Source: a virus. Taken from it: a stretch of DNA of 13,636 nucleotides. Shown piece after piece: positions 1 to 7,835 of this stretch. The translations under genes and the position numbers were made by a program. Numbering within the stretch: the first letter of the stretch is position 1; each line of letters begins with the position of its first letter. Under the pieces are notes generated by a model that saw only the letters and a list, made by a program, of their open reading frames with translations, had not been told where the DNA came from and did not search any database. The stretch lies in IMG/VR virus record IMGVR_UViG_3300045988_101024. The stretch is one strand, 5' to 3'.

Positions 1-94
1 GTCCGTGTATGGGAAACACATACAGGGTTGATGTTTTCGAACATGTGTTCTGTGTTCGTGTATGGGAAACACATACAGGGTTGATGTTTTTGAA
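1..94. repeat. Left inverted terminal repeat, containing a tandem duplication of a 53-bp terminal unit (1-53 and 54-94)
   Basis: The reverse complement of 13543-13636 matches 1-94 except at positions 56 and 91. Unit 54-94 repeats 1-41 with t for c at the positions matching unit positions 3 and 38. Similarity decays after 94. The window begins exactly on the repeat. Confidence 0.9.
38..51. promoter_or_regulatory. GAAC-N4-GTTC motif (CGAACATGTGTTCT) resembling a Gram-positive LexA/DinR (Cheo) box, inside the left ITR unit
   Basis: Read directly: CGAAC ATGT GTTC T, compared with the Bacillus-type consensus CGAAC-N4-GTTCG. The inner left unit has a 2-nt shorter, degenerate version (gaatttgttc). 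Confidence 0.3.
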
Positions 95-112
95 TTTGTT
101 CATTATTGTATA

Positions 113-1834
113 CTAGATTTCAGTGAATGTGAACTCAGTACCATTAAACGTTCCAGCATAATTTTTATTATTTTTGTTAGCGTAGATTACATCACCTGAG
201 AAACCTGTAATCGTAATTGTTCTAATTTGTGTTGTGCTTATTTTTACTTCACAATTATTTACTTTTATGTTACTATTTTCTATTGCATTATTTAATTTGC
301 AATTTGTAAATATACCATTAACACTTTTTACAAAAGATAGAATTGAATTATATCCAATTACTTTATCACTAATCGTATTTAATGTTATGTCACAGTTTTC
401 AATAATAACAGTTGAACAATTTGTTAAATTTGTAGTTTTATTTGTGTTTAATATTTTGCATACATTTATTTTAGCCTTTCCGTTATTAAAATTACATTCA
501 CATCCATCAAATACAGCATTATCTATTGATGTAATTGAGTTGTAAATAACAACCGCGTTTTTAATGTATAGATTGTTTATAAATTTACTAACATTTCTAA
601 ATGTGACAGTTCTATCATTGCAATTATCAATATAAATATTACATAAGTATTTATATTGCATATCGGCGCAATCAATATATATTCGACCTGATAAGTCACA
701 ATTTTCAACACGAGTATCGTTACAAATGTGTATTCCGGTTGATAAACAATTTTCTATGTGATTGTATATACAATTTTCGTGAAAATCAATACCCTCATTA
801 TCACCCTCTGATATAAGCGATGAATTTTTAATTATATTATACATACAACATTCCTGTCCACCACCACTAAACGAGTGCCATTTAGACAATAAATCACATT
901 CGTTCACAATAGTTAGTGTACATGAATTAGCAGAAATAGCATACTGGTAATCAACATTTCTTCCTGTATGCACTGTACCTGTTATTCTTTCTAAAATGCT
1001 ATTATAACATCTAGTTAATTGGAAACATGATATACAATTAGTGTTAATTTTTATGTCATGAAAATATAAGTCACGGCAATAATTAGCTTTTACAAAATAA
1101 TCACCATTTATTATTGTTAAGTTAGATATATTTTTTATTTCGCAAGTTACGGGCGTAATAGAATAGGCTTCAGTGCCATAACCATCTATATCAAAAGGTA
1201 AAGACGGTATAAAATTATCGTTTTCTATTAAAAATAATCCACCTAAGTAGTAATAATCACGTGATGAATTAAATAATGTTTGTTTATTTATTATGTTTAC
1301 TAACTCACCATTATGTCCTGTTAGTTTACCGTTGCGTACTAAAGAACCGATAGAAAACGGTGTGGTGCTACCGTTAATAGAAATACCGTAATTTTTATTT
1401 ATTGTGACAATGCTATTGTTAAAATCTAATGTTATGTTTTTTGTAATATCAATATTACCAAAAATGTAATTACCTTGAGGGAAAATTAACGATGTGTTGC
1501 TAGGAACTGAATTTATTAAAGCTTGCAACTGTTCAGAACAGTCAACATTTTCTTTAACGCCGTATAATTTAACATTTATTGTATATACAAAATATTTATC
1601 TAAAAGACCTTTGTTAAACATATCGTTTAATTTATTATTAATCTCGTCCTGCACATCTAAATTTTTAAAATAATCCTGCACATAACTTTTCAGATCGTTA
1701 AAAGCATCCTGTAAATTATCAAAATTTTTCTGCATAGCTTTCCATTGTTCGACAAGCTTGTTAAATTCATTTAGAAACCAGTCTTGATTCAACTCATGAA
1801 AGTTTGTATAAGGCCCTAAATTTTCCATACTCAT
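113..1834 (-). CDS. Tail appendage/tailspike (receptor-binding) protein with a coiled N-terminal anchor and a right-handed beta-helix (pectate-lyase-like) body
   Basis: 573-aa ORF with AGGAGGT about 10 nt upstream of the ATG at 1834. The N-terminus (NFDNLQDAFNDLKSYVQDYFKNLDVQDEINNKLNDMF) is typical of Gram-positive phage fibre anchors. YGVKENVDCSEQLQALINS...IFPQGNYIF resembles the start of a Pectate_lyase_3 domain. The Asn/Cys-rich repeats (xENC, xNNC) suggest beta-helix rungs. It is the last gene of the late operon, like phi29 gp12. Confidence 0.8.
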   Translation of the reverse strand: MSMENLGPYTNFHELNQDWFLNEFNKLVEQWKAMQKNFDNLQDAFNDLKSYVQDYFKNLDVQDEINNKLNDMFNKGLLDKYFVYTINVKLYGVKENVDCSEQLQALINSVPSNTSLIFPQGNYIFGNIDITKNITLDFNNSIVTINKNYGISINGSTTPFSIGSLVRNGKLTGHNGELVNIINKQTLFNSSRDYYYLGGLFLIENDNFIPSLPFDIDGYGTEAYSITPVTCEIKNISNLTIINGDYFVKANYCRDLYFHDIKINTNCISCFQLTRCYNSILERITGTVHTGRNVDYQYAISANSCTLTIVNECDLLSKWHSFSGGGQECCMYNIIKNSSLISEGDNEGIDFHENCIYNHIENCLSTGIHICNDTRVENCDLSGRIYIDCADMQYKYLCNIYIDNCNDRTVTFRNVSKFINNLYIKNAVVIYNSITSIDNAVFDGCECNFNNGKAKINVCKILNTNKTTNLTNCSTVIIENCDITLNTISDKVIGYNSILSFVKSVNGIFTNCKLNNAIENSNIKVNNCEVKISTTQIRTITITGFSGDVIYANKNNKNYAGTFNGTEFTFTEI

Positions 1835-1849
1835 ATAAATATATACCTC

Positions 1850-2488
1850 CTAATAAATCATTAAACAAAAATTTTCTACGAAACTTTCTGCAATCAGATC
1901 ATATAAATTAAACACCACTAAATCTCTTTCGCTTTGTATCATCTGTTGAGAAGTTGTTACACCAATGTTTCCATGTGCTCTTCCGGTTCTTGTGTGTTTT
2001 CCGGTTCTTCCATCGTTTACATTTTCTTTTTCTGTGTTAGTAATACTGCCATTTTCTGTTGTGTCTCCATCCGTGATCTGTTTTGCATGATCCGCAAGAC
2101 CTGCGTTGAAAGCGGTATTCTGATCTGTAACGTTAACGCTGTTCATGATCTCGTTTGTGCTAGTGCTTTTTACAGTGTTATCTCTTGCACTAGAAGTAGT
2201 TTCATCGTCAGTATCTGTCCAATCTTCCATACGATCGTAGTTTTCGATCGGGTTGTATTCTAACACTGTCGTATCATATAACTTTTTCCAGTTAATTTGA
2301 TACTTGTTACTCCATATTGTGATACGATTTTTCATGAAATTAAAATCAGGATATAAGACTTCTAATTCCCTAGTCCGCATTAAAATTGCATCAATAGCAA
2401 TCTGTTTCTCAAGCCCTTTCGGAACATTGAACCCGTCAAACAACGTTTTGTCATAATTGTATAATCCCTCAACACTCAGTAAGCTCAA
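1850..2488 (-). CDS. Putative lower collar / head-tail adaptor protein (call based on position)
   Basis: 212-aa ORF with a TTG start at 2488, 7 nt after GGGAGGTG. The alternative ATG frame stops after a few codons. It lies directly downstream of the connector gene, as gp11 follows gp10 in phi29. I recognise no diagnostic motif. Confidence 0.55.
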   Translation of the reverse strand: MSLLSVEGLYNYDKTLFDGFNVPKGLEKQIAIDAILMRTRELEVLYPDFNFMKNRITIWSNKYQINWKKLYDTTVLEYNPIENYDRMEDWTDTDDETTSSARDNTVKSTSTNEIMNSVNVTDQNTAFNAGLADHAKQITDGDTTENGSITNTEKENVNDGRTGKHTRTGRAHGNIGVTTSQQMIQSERDLVVFNLYDLIAESFVENFCLMIY

Positions 2489-3429
2489 TCATTATCACCT
2501 CCCAATGTTTCACGTGAAACATTTTTCTTATTTGGATCGTGTCTCCAATTCACACTCACATCCACACCAAACATTTTCTTAACATCAGTGCAACTTTTCT
2601 TCCAACCATCCAACCACATTTCCATCCTTGTTGATGTTTCCACATCATTACTTTCAGCTTCAGAGGATATCATTCTTTCTTTCTTGTCTGATCTGGCAGA
2701 CGGGATACCAATTTCAGTACAAAAAAGTTCTTCCAATCTTCTCAGGGTGTCCAGAACATCACCGGCAATATAGTTTTGTCTAAGATTATTAACGAAATAA
2801 TCCCATGGTTCTTCCGTCAGATCCCCTCTTTTTATTCTTAATTTTTCGTCATAGAAAACAGCTAATTCACCGCTCATAACCTGATCCATGACTTTTTTCA
2901 GACTTTCTGCACCTGCTTTATTCCTTGCTCTGAAAACATATGCAAGTTTGCTGTTCATAACGTTCATATCTAAGGATTCCATCGTGATAGCCATTTCATT
3001 TGCATATCTTCCCACCAAATCCATAATTCCACCATAGTCAGATGTACATTTAAATAGCACACACTGTTCGCCAATTACAGGCTCAATAACACCTTTTAAG
3101 AGCGGATTACTAATAACCGCCTGAGCTGGTCTGTAAAAAACATTATACCCTTTGAGTGTACATCCCTGTGGAATAACACCAAATTTGTCGGTATTAATAA
3201 CTGCCACAGTACCCCAACAATACAAACAATAAAGAAAATAATCTTTATCCCAGTTATCAGGCACATTCCATTTCATTACAGATATAGCTTTCTGTAATAA
3301 ATACCGTTGAAAATACCAAAACAACTGTGTATTTTTACAGTGATTAGTACTCGGGTTAATACTGCTATTATACTGATTGATATAATTATACATCACAGGT
3401 GCTCCAACACCTGTATTGCATCCAAACAT
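2485..3429 (-). CDS. Head-tail connector (portal / upper collar), phi29 gp10-like
   Basis: 314 aa, close to the 309 aa of gp10, with GGAGGTG upstream of the ATG at 3429. The C-terminal segment SARSDKKERMISSEAESNDVETS resembles the conserved KKERM...SND region of phi29-type connectors as I recall it. The stop overlaps the next gene's start. Confidence 0.8.
   Translation of the reverse strand: MFGCNTGVGAPVMYNYINQYNSSINPSTNHCKNTQLFWYFQRYLLQKAISVMKWNVPDNWDKDYFLYCLYCWGTVAVINTDKFGVIPQGCTLKGYNVFYRPAQAVISNPLLKGVIEPVIGEQCVLFKCTSDYGGIMDLVGRYANEMAITMESLDMNVMNSKLAYVFRARNKAGAESLKKVMDQVMSGELAVFYDEKLRIKRGDLTEEPWDYFVNNLRQNYIAGDVLDTLRRLEELFCTEIGIPSARSDKKERMISSEAESNDVETSTRMEMWLDGWKKSCTDVKKMFGVDVSVNWRHDPNKKNVSRETLGGDND
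2506..2521. promoter_or_regulatory. Copy 1 of the perfect palindrome TGTTTCACGTGAAACA (extends to a 20-bp palindrome, 2504-2523)
   Basis: Read directly. It lies in the last codons of the connector gene (NVSRETL), 4 nt upstream of the GGAGGTG RBS and 17 nt upstream of the TTG start of the next gene. Confidence 0.85.
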
Positions 3430-3440
3430 ATATACACCTC

Positions 3441-4550
3441 CTATAAGTTATTAAAATAATCAAACCATGCTCTGGCATATACCGCACGTTCCTGATGCAA
3501 ACTAGCAGGTCTTTCATAGTTTGCCTGAAATGCAAGTGCTAAATAACCTGCATCTTGTGTGCTAGTACTCCACTGTCTCCAACTTAATGGGTATGCACTC
3601 GTGCTATACCATTGTGGCTCGATACCCCAGTTTTTAATTCCGGAGCTTTGCTGAAATTCCGCAAAAATAACGCTCAACTGTTTTTGACCATCGTACCAAT
3701 CATCATGATTTCCAAACAGCACATCAAGAACATTATATAAATCTGTTGGTGGTGTCCACTGTACAAGCCCATGTCCAGTACCTCCAATTTCGATCAACGC
3801 AGGATTGAAAGTACTTTCCTGTTGTATGTTTCCGCACAGCCCTGCTATGGCGTTTACACTCCACCCCTGTGATTTAAAATAATTATAAATCACGGTTGCG
3901 TTATTTATAGCTTTTTCATTGTTTCCACATAAGGGGGCTTCGGGATTTCCGAAATATTCACTGTTTCCTCCGATTTGCCAGTCACCACCAGAGAAAGCCC
4001 ATCTATAACAGTGTGTATAATGTATACCGCTCTGTATATCATATGTATTAATACTAACCTGATCTGGTAAAGGTTTTTTGGAAGTGTGTGCTCCCATAGT
4101 ATGACCCCCATTTTCTATATCATGTACAATTTCAGTGTGCTGATGTTCACTAGTATTAATAACAAGGATGTCACCAACATGAAAATCAAAAGATGCAAAG
4201 TCTGATATTATAATTTCTTCAAACCCGATACTTTTTAAAATTCCGCTCATGGTATAAGTTGTAAAAGGCCATGCACTCAAATTGATCTCATAGCCTGCAT
4301 GTCCTAAACCATACCATACAAAAGAGGAACAATCATAGTAGGTTATGCCATTAACTGTACGCTCGTTTCTATATTCCTGTGAATAGCCAACAGCAGGGTC
4401 ATTACATTTTTCTATCCACCAATTCATAGCTTGCAACATCAACCCACCGATCCCACCTGCACCACCAGACCCCCACGGGTTCTGACCTGCGTTAGCACTA
4501 GTCATAAGTGAAACAAATAACGAAATATTACTGGCAGGAAAACTACGCAT
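3441..4550 (-). CDS. Bifunctional tail-associated peptidoglycan hydrolase: N-terminal NlpC/P60- or CHAP-type cysteine peptidase plus C-terminal phage tail lysozyme-type domain
   Basis: The start is moved to the ATG at 4550 (MRSFPAS...), 8 nt after GGGGGTG, because the track start at 4559 is a GTG inside the RBS. YYDCSSFVWYG has the catalytic Cys context and HTEIVH the His. AIAGLCGNIQQESTFNP...GHGLVQWT matches the phage tail lysozyme signature (QQES, GLVQWT). It sits among tail genes, like phi29 gp13. Confidence 0.88.
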   Translation of the reverse strand: MRSFPASNISLFVSLMTSANAGQNPWGSGGAGGIGGLMLQAMNWWIEKCNDPAVGYSQEYRNERTVNGITYYDCSSFVWYGLGHAGYEINLSAWPFTTYTMSGILKSIGFEEIIISDFASFDFHVGDILVINTSEHQHTEIVHDIENGGHTMGAHTSKKPLPDQVSINTYDIQSGIHYTHCYRWAFSGGDWQIGGNSEYFGNPEAPLCGNNEKAINNATVIYNYFKSQGWSVNAIAGLCGNIQQESTFNPALIEIGGTGHGLVQWTPPTDLYNVLDVLFGNHDDWYDGQKQLSVIFAEFQQSSGIKNWGIEPQWYSTSAYPLSWRQWSTSTQDAGYLALAFQANYERPASLHQERAVYARAWFDYFNNL

Positions 4551-5919
4551 AATATACACCCCCCTCGAGAAACTGTTTGATCTGTTCTTTTTCGTTTCGG
4601 GTTGCTCCTGCTACATTAATAGAACCATTTTCAACTACATAGTATCCAGCACCTAACGCCTGCATTGTTCCATTGTTCATATACGGTCTGCCATTATCAT
4701 CTCTATCTTCATTCGTAATCTTATAAAAAGTTTCAACCACATACGGTATACGTGCCACTGATAATAACGTGCCATTGACACCTCTTGTATGCACATCAGG
4801 TATAGCACTTTCAACAGCATTTGCAACACCAGAAGCACTACCTAAAAAGTTACCCGTAAATAGTGATCCAATACTACTCAATAGACTACTTCCGGCATCA
4901 ATTACATTCGCCCGTAAATCACTTACCTGCACGTTAACACCGATCTGTGTATATCCCGTATACAGGGTAACACCTCCTGCGCTAACTGACATTAATCCGA
5001 CACCACTCATGCAGTCAATAGTTTCACTCACTGTCACGCTCTCAGAACTGGCAACTTTTCCACCGTCAATTTCGAAAGTTCCCCACGGATCAATCGTTAA
5101 CTGAATCCTGCGAAATGGAGAAGCATTTAGAAATGTTCCGCGCGAAACTTGTGGGTGCTGTGAAATTGGCATTGTAAAAGACCTATTGTAAAATGGTTTA
5201 TTTCCGAGCTTTAAAGCGGTTACATCACATGACCAAAACCCGAATTTTACCGAATTAACTTCTTTACTTCCAGCTCCGACATTTTCGCAAGGAAACCACA
5301 TAACAGATGTTAAATACTGAAATGGGTTGAACAAACACTTAAGTAAACTGTCTGTAATCTGTTGTCCAGAAATATTTGCCCAGTCAATATTTGAAAATAT
5401 TTTTGAACAAAAATTTGCGAAATTAGTAGGTGTAAAAGCGTAGAAATTAGTAAGCCCATCCTCACCTACAATTCCACAAACAAAATATCCCTGATTCAGT
5501 CCATATTCTGCCACCGGAAATAGTCCCTCGTTAACGACTGTTTTTTTCTTAGTAGGAGTTGCCAACGTAGGATATAAAGTATCCATAACATCCCCATTGT
5601 AACTCGTTGAGCTTCTTATAAAAAACAGGTTACTAGCTTGTATCGTATCACGATACGTAGCTAACACATCCACAACACAATGAGCAATCCACGTGTTATT
5701 CCTGTATTCCCAATCTTCCACCCAGTACGACCTTTTAAACTCTTTGATTTCACAATAGTTCCAACTCGGAGCTGATCCGGCATTTCTCAGGATAATCTGC
5801 GGATTCTCAATAGAACAAGGCTCATTCATATTACAGGAAACGGCGGTAACATCACCACCGACAACTCCTGTAGAATTAACTCTTTTACTTGCTGTCTTAA
5901 AATTGACTGTTACCGCCAT
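4543..5919 (-). CDS. Tail knob / distal tail tube protein, phi29 gp9-like
   Basis: 458-aa ORF with AGGAGG upstream. From my memory of gp9, WEYRNNTWIAHCVVDVLATY resembles ...FEIDVLQTW, a Gly/Ser-rich segment precedes IPDV..., and the C-terminal NEKEQIKQFLEGGVYY resembles NNDLQEIRTIFDNGITLW. It follows the capsid gene. Confidence 0.65.
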   Translation of the reverse strand: MAVTVNFKTASKRVNSTGVVGGDVTAVSCNMNEPCSIENPQIILRNAGSAPSWNYCEIKEFKRSYWVEDWEYRNNTWIAHCVVDVLATYRDTIQASNLFFIRSSTSYNGDVMDTLYPTLATPTKKKTVVNEGLFPVAEYGLNQGYFVCGIVGEDGLTNFYAFTPTNFANFCSKIFSNIDWANISGQQITDSLLKCLFNPFQYLTSVMWFPCENVGAGSKEVNSVKFGFWSCDVTALKLGNKPFYNRSFTMPISQHPQVSRGTFLNASPFRRIQLTIDPWGTFEIDGGKVASSESVTVSETIDCMSGVGLMSVSAGGVTLYTGYTQIGVNVQVSDLRANVIDAGSSLLSSIGSLFTGNFLGSASGVANAVESAIPDVHTRGVNGTLLSVARIPYVVETFYKITNEDRDDNGRPYMNNGTMQALGAGYYVVENGSINVAGATRNEKEQIKQFLEGGVYYA

Positions 5920-5929
5920 TTATTTCCTC

Positions 5930-7129
5930 CTATTCCAAAACAAAAACAAGGCCGTTTTCTGTAAGATCATTCCAGTATCTATCAGTGAAATGATGGTAAA
6001 CATTCCAATATCCACCTGCGCTGTTAAACGGTGTTGTACTGCTCCAATGATTAATAGTCGTAAGACCCATAGCTTCTTCGTCAAACAGCACCGCAAAAAT
6101 ATTGCTCATTGCCTGAGCTTCACCTTTTTCAACACTTCCGTCTGGTTTCATGACTGACGGTGTGACGTTAATTCCCATCGGGCTTTCCAATGACTGCCAG
6201 AAATTGACTTTTTCGTTTGTTGCGATTTTGAGGTACTGATCATGGAACGTATTACTCAGTACCGTGGTGTCAGCCGTATGCAGATCGGGACTGAACATCA
6301 TAATATTCTGCATCCGTAACGGTGTATGTCTTGCGATTTCTTTCCCCGTAATATTTGCGTGAAACCTTGTTGATCTCTCTGTGAAAAAGTCCATGTATGT
6401 CATGATCTTTGCACACGCCCATCGGTAGAAACTCGGGAAGTTATCCGCTTTACGCACATCATCCGCGGTTAACTGAGAACCGTTCTCATCATTGTACATA
6501 GTCAGAAGCTTAACAACATGCTCCCCTGTAAACCCTTCCGTTCCTTCGGTAACACCTGTCTGCCAGATGTTTTTAGCTCCAATGTAATTCGCAACACAGG
6601 CGCGTGCCATGGTTTCATGAGCCTGTTCAATCATATCCATTGTGTTCTGAGTATACATGGTCACAAACTGAGCAAACTCGTCTGGATTCCTAAACGCCTG
6701 GTCAAGCTGATCTCGGAAATAAGTCCTGTGTCTCTGGAATACCTGTCCGCCGTAGAAATTTGTCTGTAAAACTTTTCCTTTTTTGATCTTGTACATGTCA
6801 ACCGCTGTATCATCCGCAAGTGGCTGTCTCTGGTCATCTTCCCAGTCATCGTCCAACATACCCAGTTTTCTTACATGGTTTCCCCACTGCTGATTTGTTT
6901 TTCTCAAGCCTTTAAATTTGGCATTATATGGGCGAATAGAAAAGATAGTTCTATCCAATACCTGAGAAATGCTGTTCATGATCCTGTCATTTCCTGCAAG
7001 TAACGTGGTCTGAGCCTGAGCCACGAACGAGCTAGTGTCTGTGGCTTTCATGGTTTCCACGCCTGTAGCATGCTTAACGATATCATTTAATATTGTACTG
7101 ATCTGGTCAAACGTTAATGTATTCGCCAT
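5930..7129 (-). CDS. Major capsid protein
   Basis: 399-aa ORF directly after the scaffolding gene (TAATG overlap) with GGGGGTGA upstream. The N-terminus MANTLTFDQISTILNDI... and the size fit the capsid proteins of small phi29-like podoviruses. The call rests on position and size. Confidence 0.75.
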   Translation of the reverse strand: MANTLTFDQISTILNDIVKHATGVETMKATDTSSFVAQAQTTLLAGNDRIMNSISQVLDRTIFSIRPYNAKFKGLRKTNQQWGNHVRKLGMLDDDWEDDQRQPLADDTAVDMYKIKKGKVLQTNFYGGQVFQRHRTYFRDQLDQAFRNPDEFAQFVTMYTQNTMDMIEQAHETMARACVANYIGAKNIWQTGVTEGTEGFTGEHVVKLLTMYNDENGSQLTADDVRKADNFPSFYRWACAKIMTYMDFFTERSTRFHANITGKEIARHTPLRMQNIMMFSPDLHTADTTVLSNTFHDQYLKIATNEKVNFWQSLESPMGINVTPSVMKPDGSVEKGEAQAMSNIFAVLFDEEAMGLTTINHWSSTTPFNSAGGYWNVYHHFTDRYWNDLTENGLVFVLE

Positions 7130-7593
7130 TATTTTTCACCCCCTGTAAGACCCTCATAGTTTGGAGGGTTGATGATACTTGCAATAGCTTCTTCCGTAGT
7201 TACCTGCTTCGGAACAGCATTCTGCATCAGGTTGACGTTATTACTCTGCACTGCGCTTGTGAGATTTTTAAGCGCGCTGAGAACATCATTCTGATCTCCG
7301 ATCTGTCTTGCCATCTGAGCCTGTGTCTGCGGATATGCCTGTGCCTGTGCCTGTGGATATGTATGTGCCTGTGGATATGTCTGTGCCTGTGTATATCCCT
7401 GTGCACCCATCTCCTGTGGATAGATCTGTGGATAGATCTGTGGCTGTGGCTGTGGCTGTGGCTGTGGCTGTGGCTGTGGCTGTGGCTGTGGCTGTGGCTG
7501 TGTGGCACGCTGTGTTCCTGTGCCTGTCATTGCGAAAATTTCATTTTTTGTAAATCCTGCCGTAATAAGTGTGATAAGATTGTCTAACGTCAT
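7129..7593 (-). CDS. Putative scaffolding protein with an internal Pro/Gln/Tyr low-complexity linker
   Basis: 154-aa ORF with AAGGAGGG upstream and an ATGA overlap with the upstream gene. It lies immediately upstream of the capsid gene, as gp7 precedes gp8 in phi29. A helical-looking N-terminus and C-terminus flank (PQ)n, IYPQ x2 and YPQA-type repeats. Confidence 0.6.
   Translation of the reverse strand: MTLDNLITLITAGFTKNEIFAMTGTGTQRATQPQPQPQPQPQPQPQPQPQPQIYPQIYPQEMGAQGYTQAQTYPQAHTYPQAQAQAYPQTQAQMARQIGDQNDVLSALKNLTSAVQSNNVNLMQNAVPKQVTTEEAIASIINPPNYEGLTGGEK
7438..7497. repeat. Perfect hexanucleotide microsatellite (CTGTGG)x10, which is (CCACAG)x10 on the coding strand and encodes the PQ repeats
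   Basis: Counted directly: units start at 7438 and recur every 6 nt up to 7492. They are preceded by two 12-nt units ctgtggatagat (7414-7437) and followed by one imperfect unit. Degenerate ctgtgcctgtg-type repeats extend down to about 7318. Confidence 0.95.
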
Positions 7594-7835
7594 ATCTTAT
7601 AATCCCTCCTTAGATATTTTTTGTGTGAAAATCCTGTGGAAATAATTCCGTTGTGCTCGTAGGTAATTGCATACCAGTTTTCCGAATAGCATCCTAGGCA
7701 GATGCACTTTGTATTTTTTGGCATTTCCGCAATTACTGTTCCGTCTGTGTTCGGCTCTGCACGGATCATCAGAGGTTCTGTGTTCGTTGTGACTATATAC
7801 ACACCCCTGATATTTTTATCGTAATTGATCGTCAT
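7590..7835 (-). CDS. Standalone bacterial SH3 (SH3b)-like domain protein, a possible cell-wall-binding module
   Basis: 81 aa. PLMIRAEPNTDGTVIAEMPKNTKCICLGCYSENWYAITYEHNGIISTGFSHKKYL follows the SH3_3 pattern (xVRxxPxxxxxVIgxlxkGtxvxvlgxxxxWykIxyxgxtGyvxxxYL). GGGAGTG lies upstream, with ATGA overlaps on both sides. Confidence 0.65.
   Translation of the reverse strand: MTINYDKNIRGVYIVTTNTEPLMIRAEPNTDGTVIAEMPKNTKCICLGCYSENWYAITYEHNGIISTGFSHKKYLRRDYKI

Noticed and set aside
1-106. The tandem terminal repeats could be a CRISPR array or a transposon end (IS-type inverted repeat).
   Set aside because: There are only two units per end with no spacers, and no transposase, integrase or cas genes. 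The ITRs bracket a full virion and replication gene set that includes a protein-primed polymerase, so genome termini are the simpler explanation.
234-545. Plus-strand ORFs nested in minus-strand genes (234-545, 1934-2263, 2588-2773, 4769-5104, 5903-6157, 6518-6769, 8603-8827, 9609-9794, 11666-11918, 13163-13345).
   Set aside because: All are antisense to long, motif-supported genes. They lack Shine-Dalgarno sequences and have low-complexity or hydrophobic translations typical of antisense frames in AT-rich DNA.
3905-4111. Minus-strand out-of-frame ORFs inside larger genes (3905-4111, 6661-6849, 8535-8843, 9015-9293, 11424-11624).
   Set aside because: They are embedded in alternative frames of the lysin, capsid, ATPase and polymerase genes. 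They have no RBS and no recognisable domains.
7117-7587. Long alternative-frame ORFs across the microsatellite (156 aa on plus with (LW)n, 93 aa on minus with (HS)n, 81 aa on plus with (AV)n).
   Set aside because: They stay open only because the hexanucleotide repeat has no stops in any frame. They have no RBS, and they overlap a well-supported scaffolding gene that has an RBS and translational coupling.
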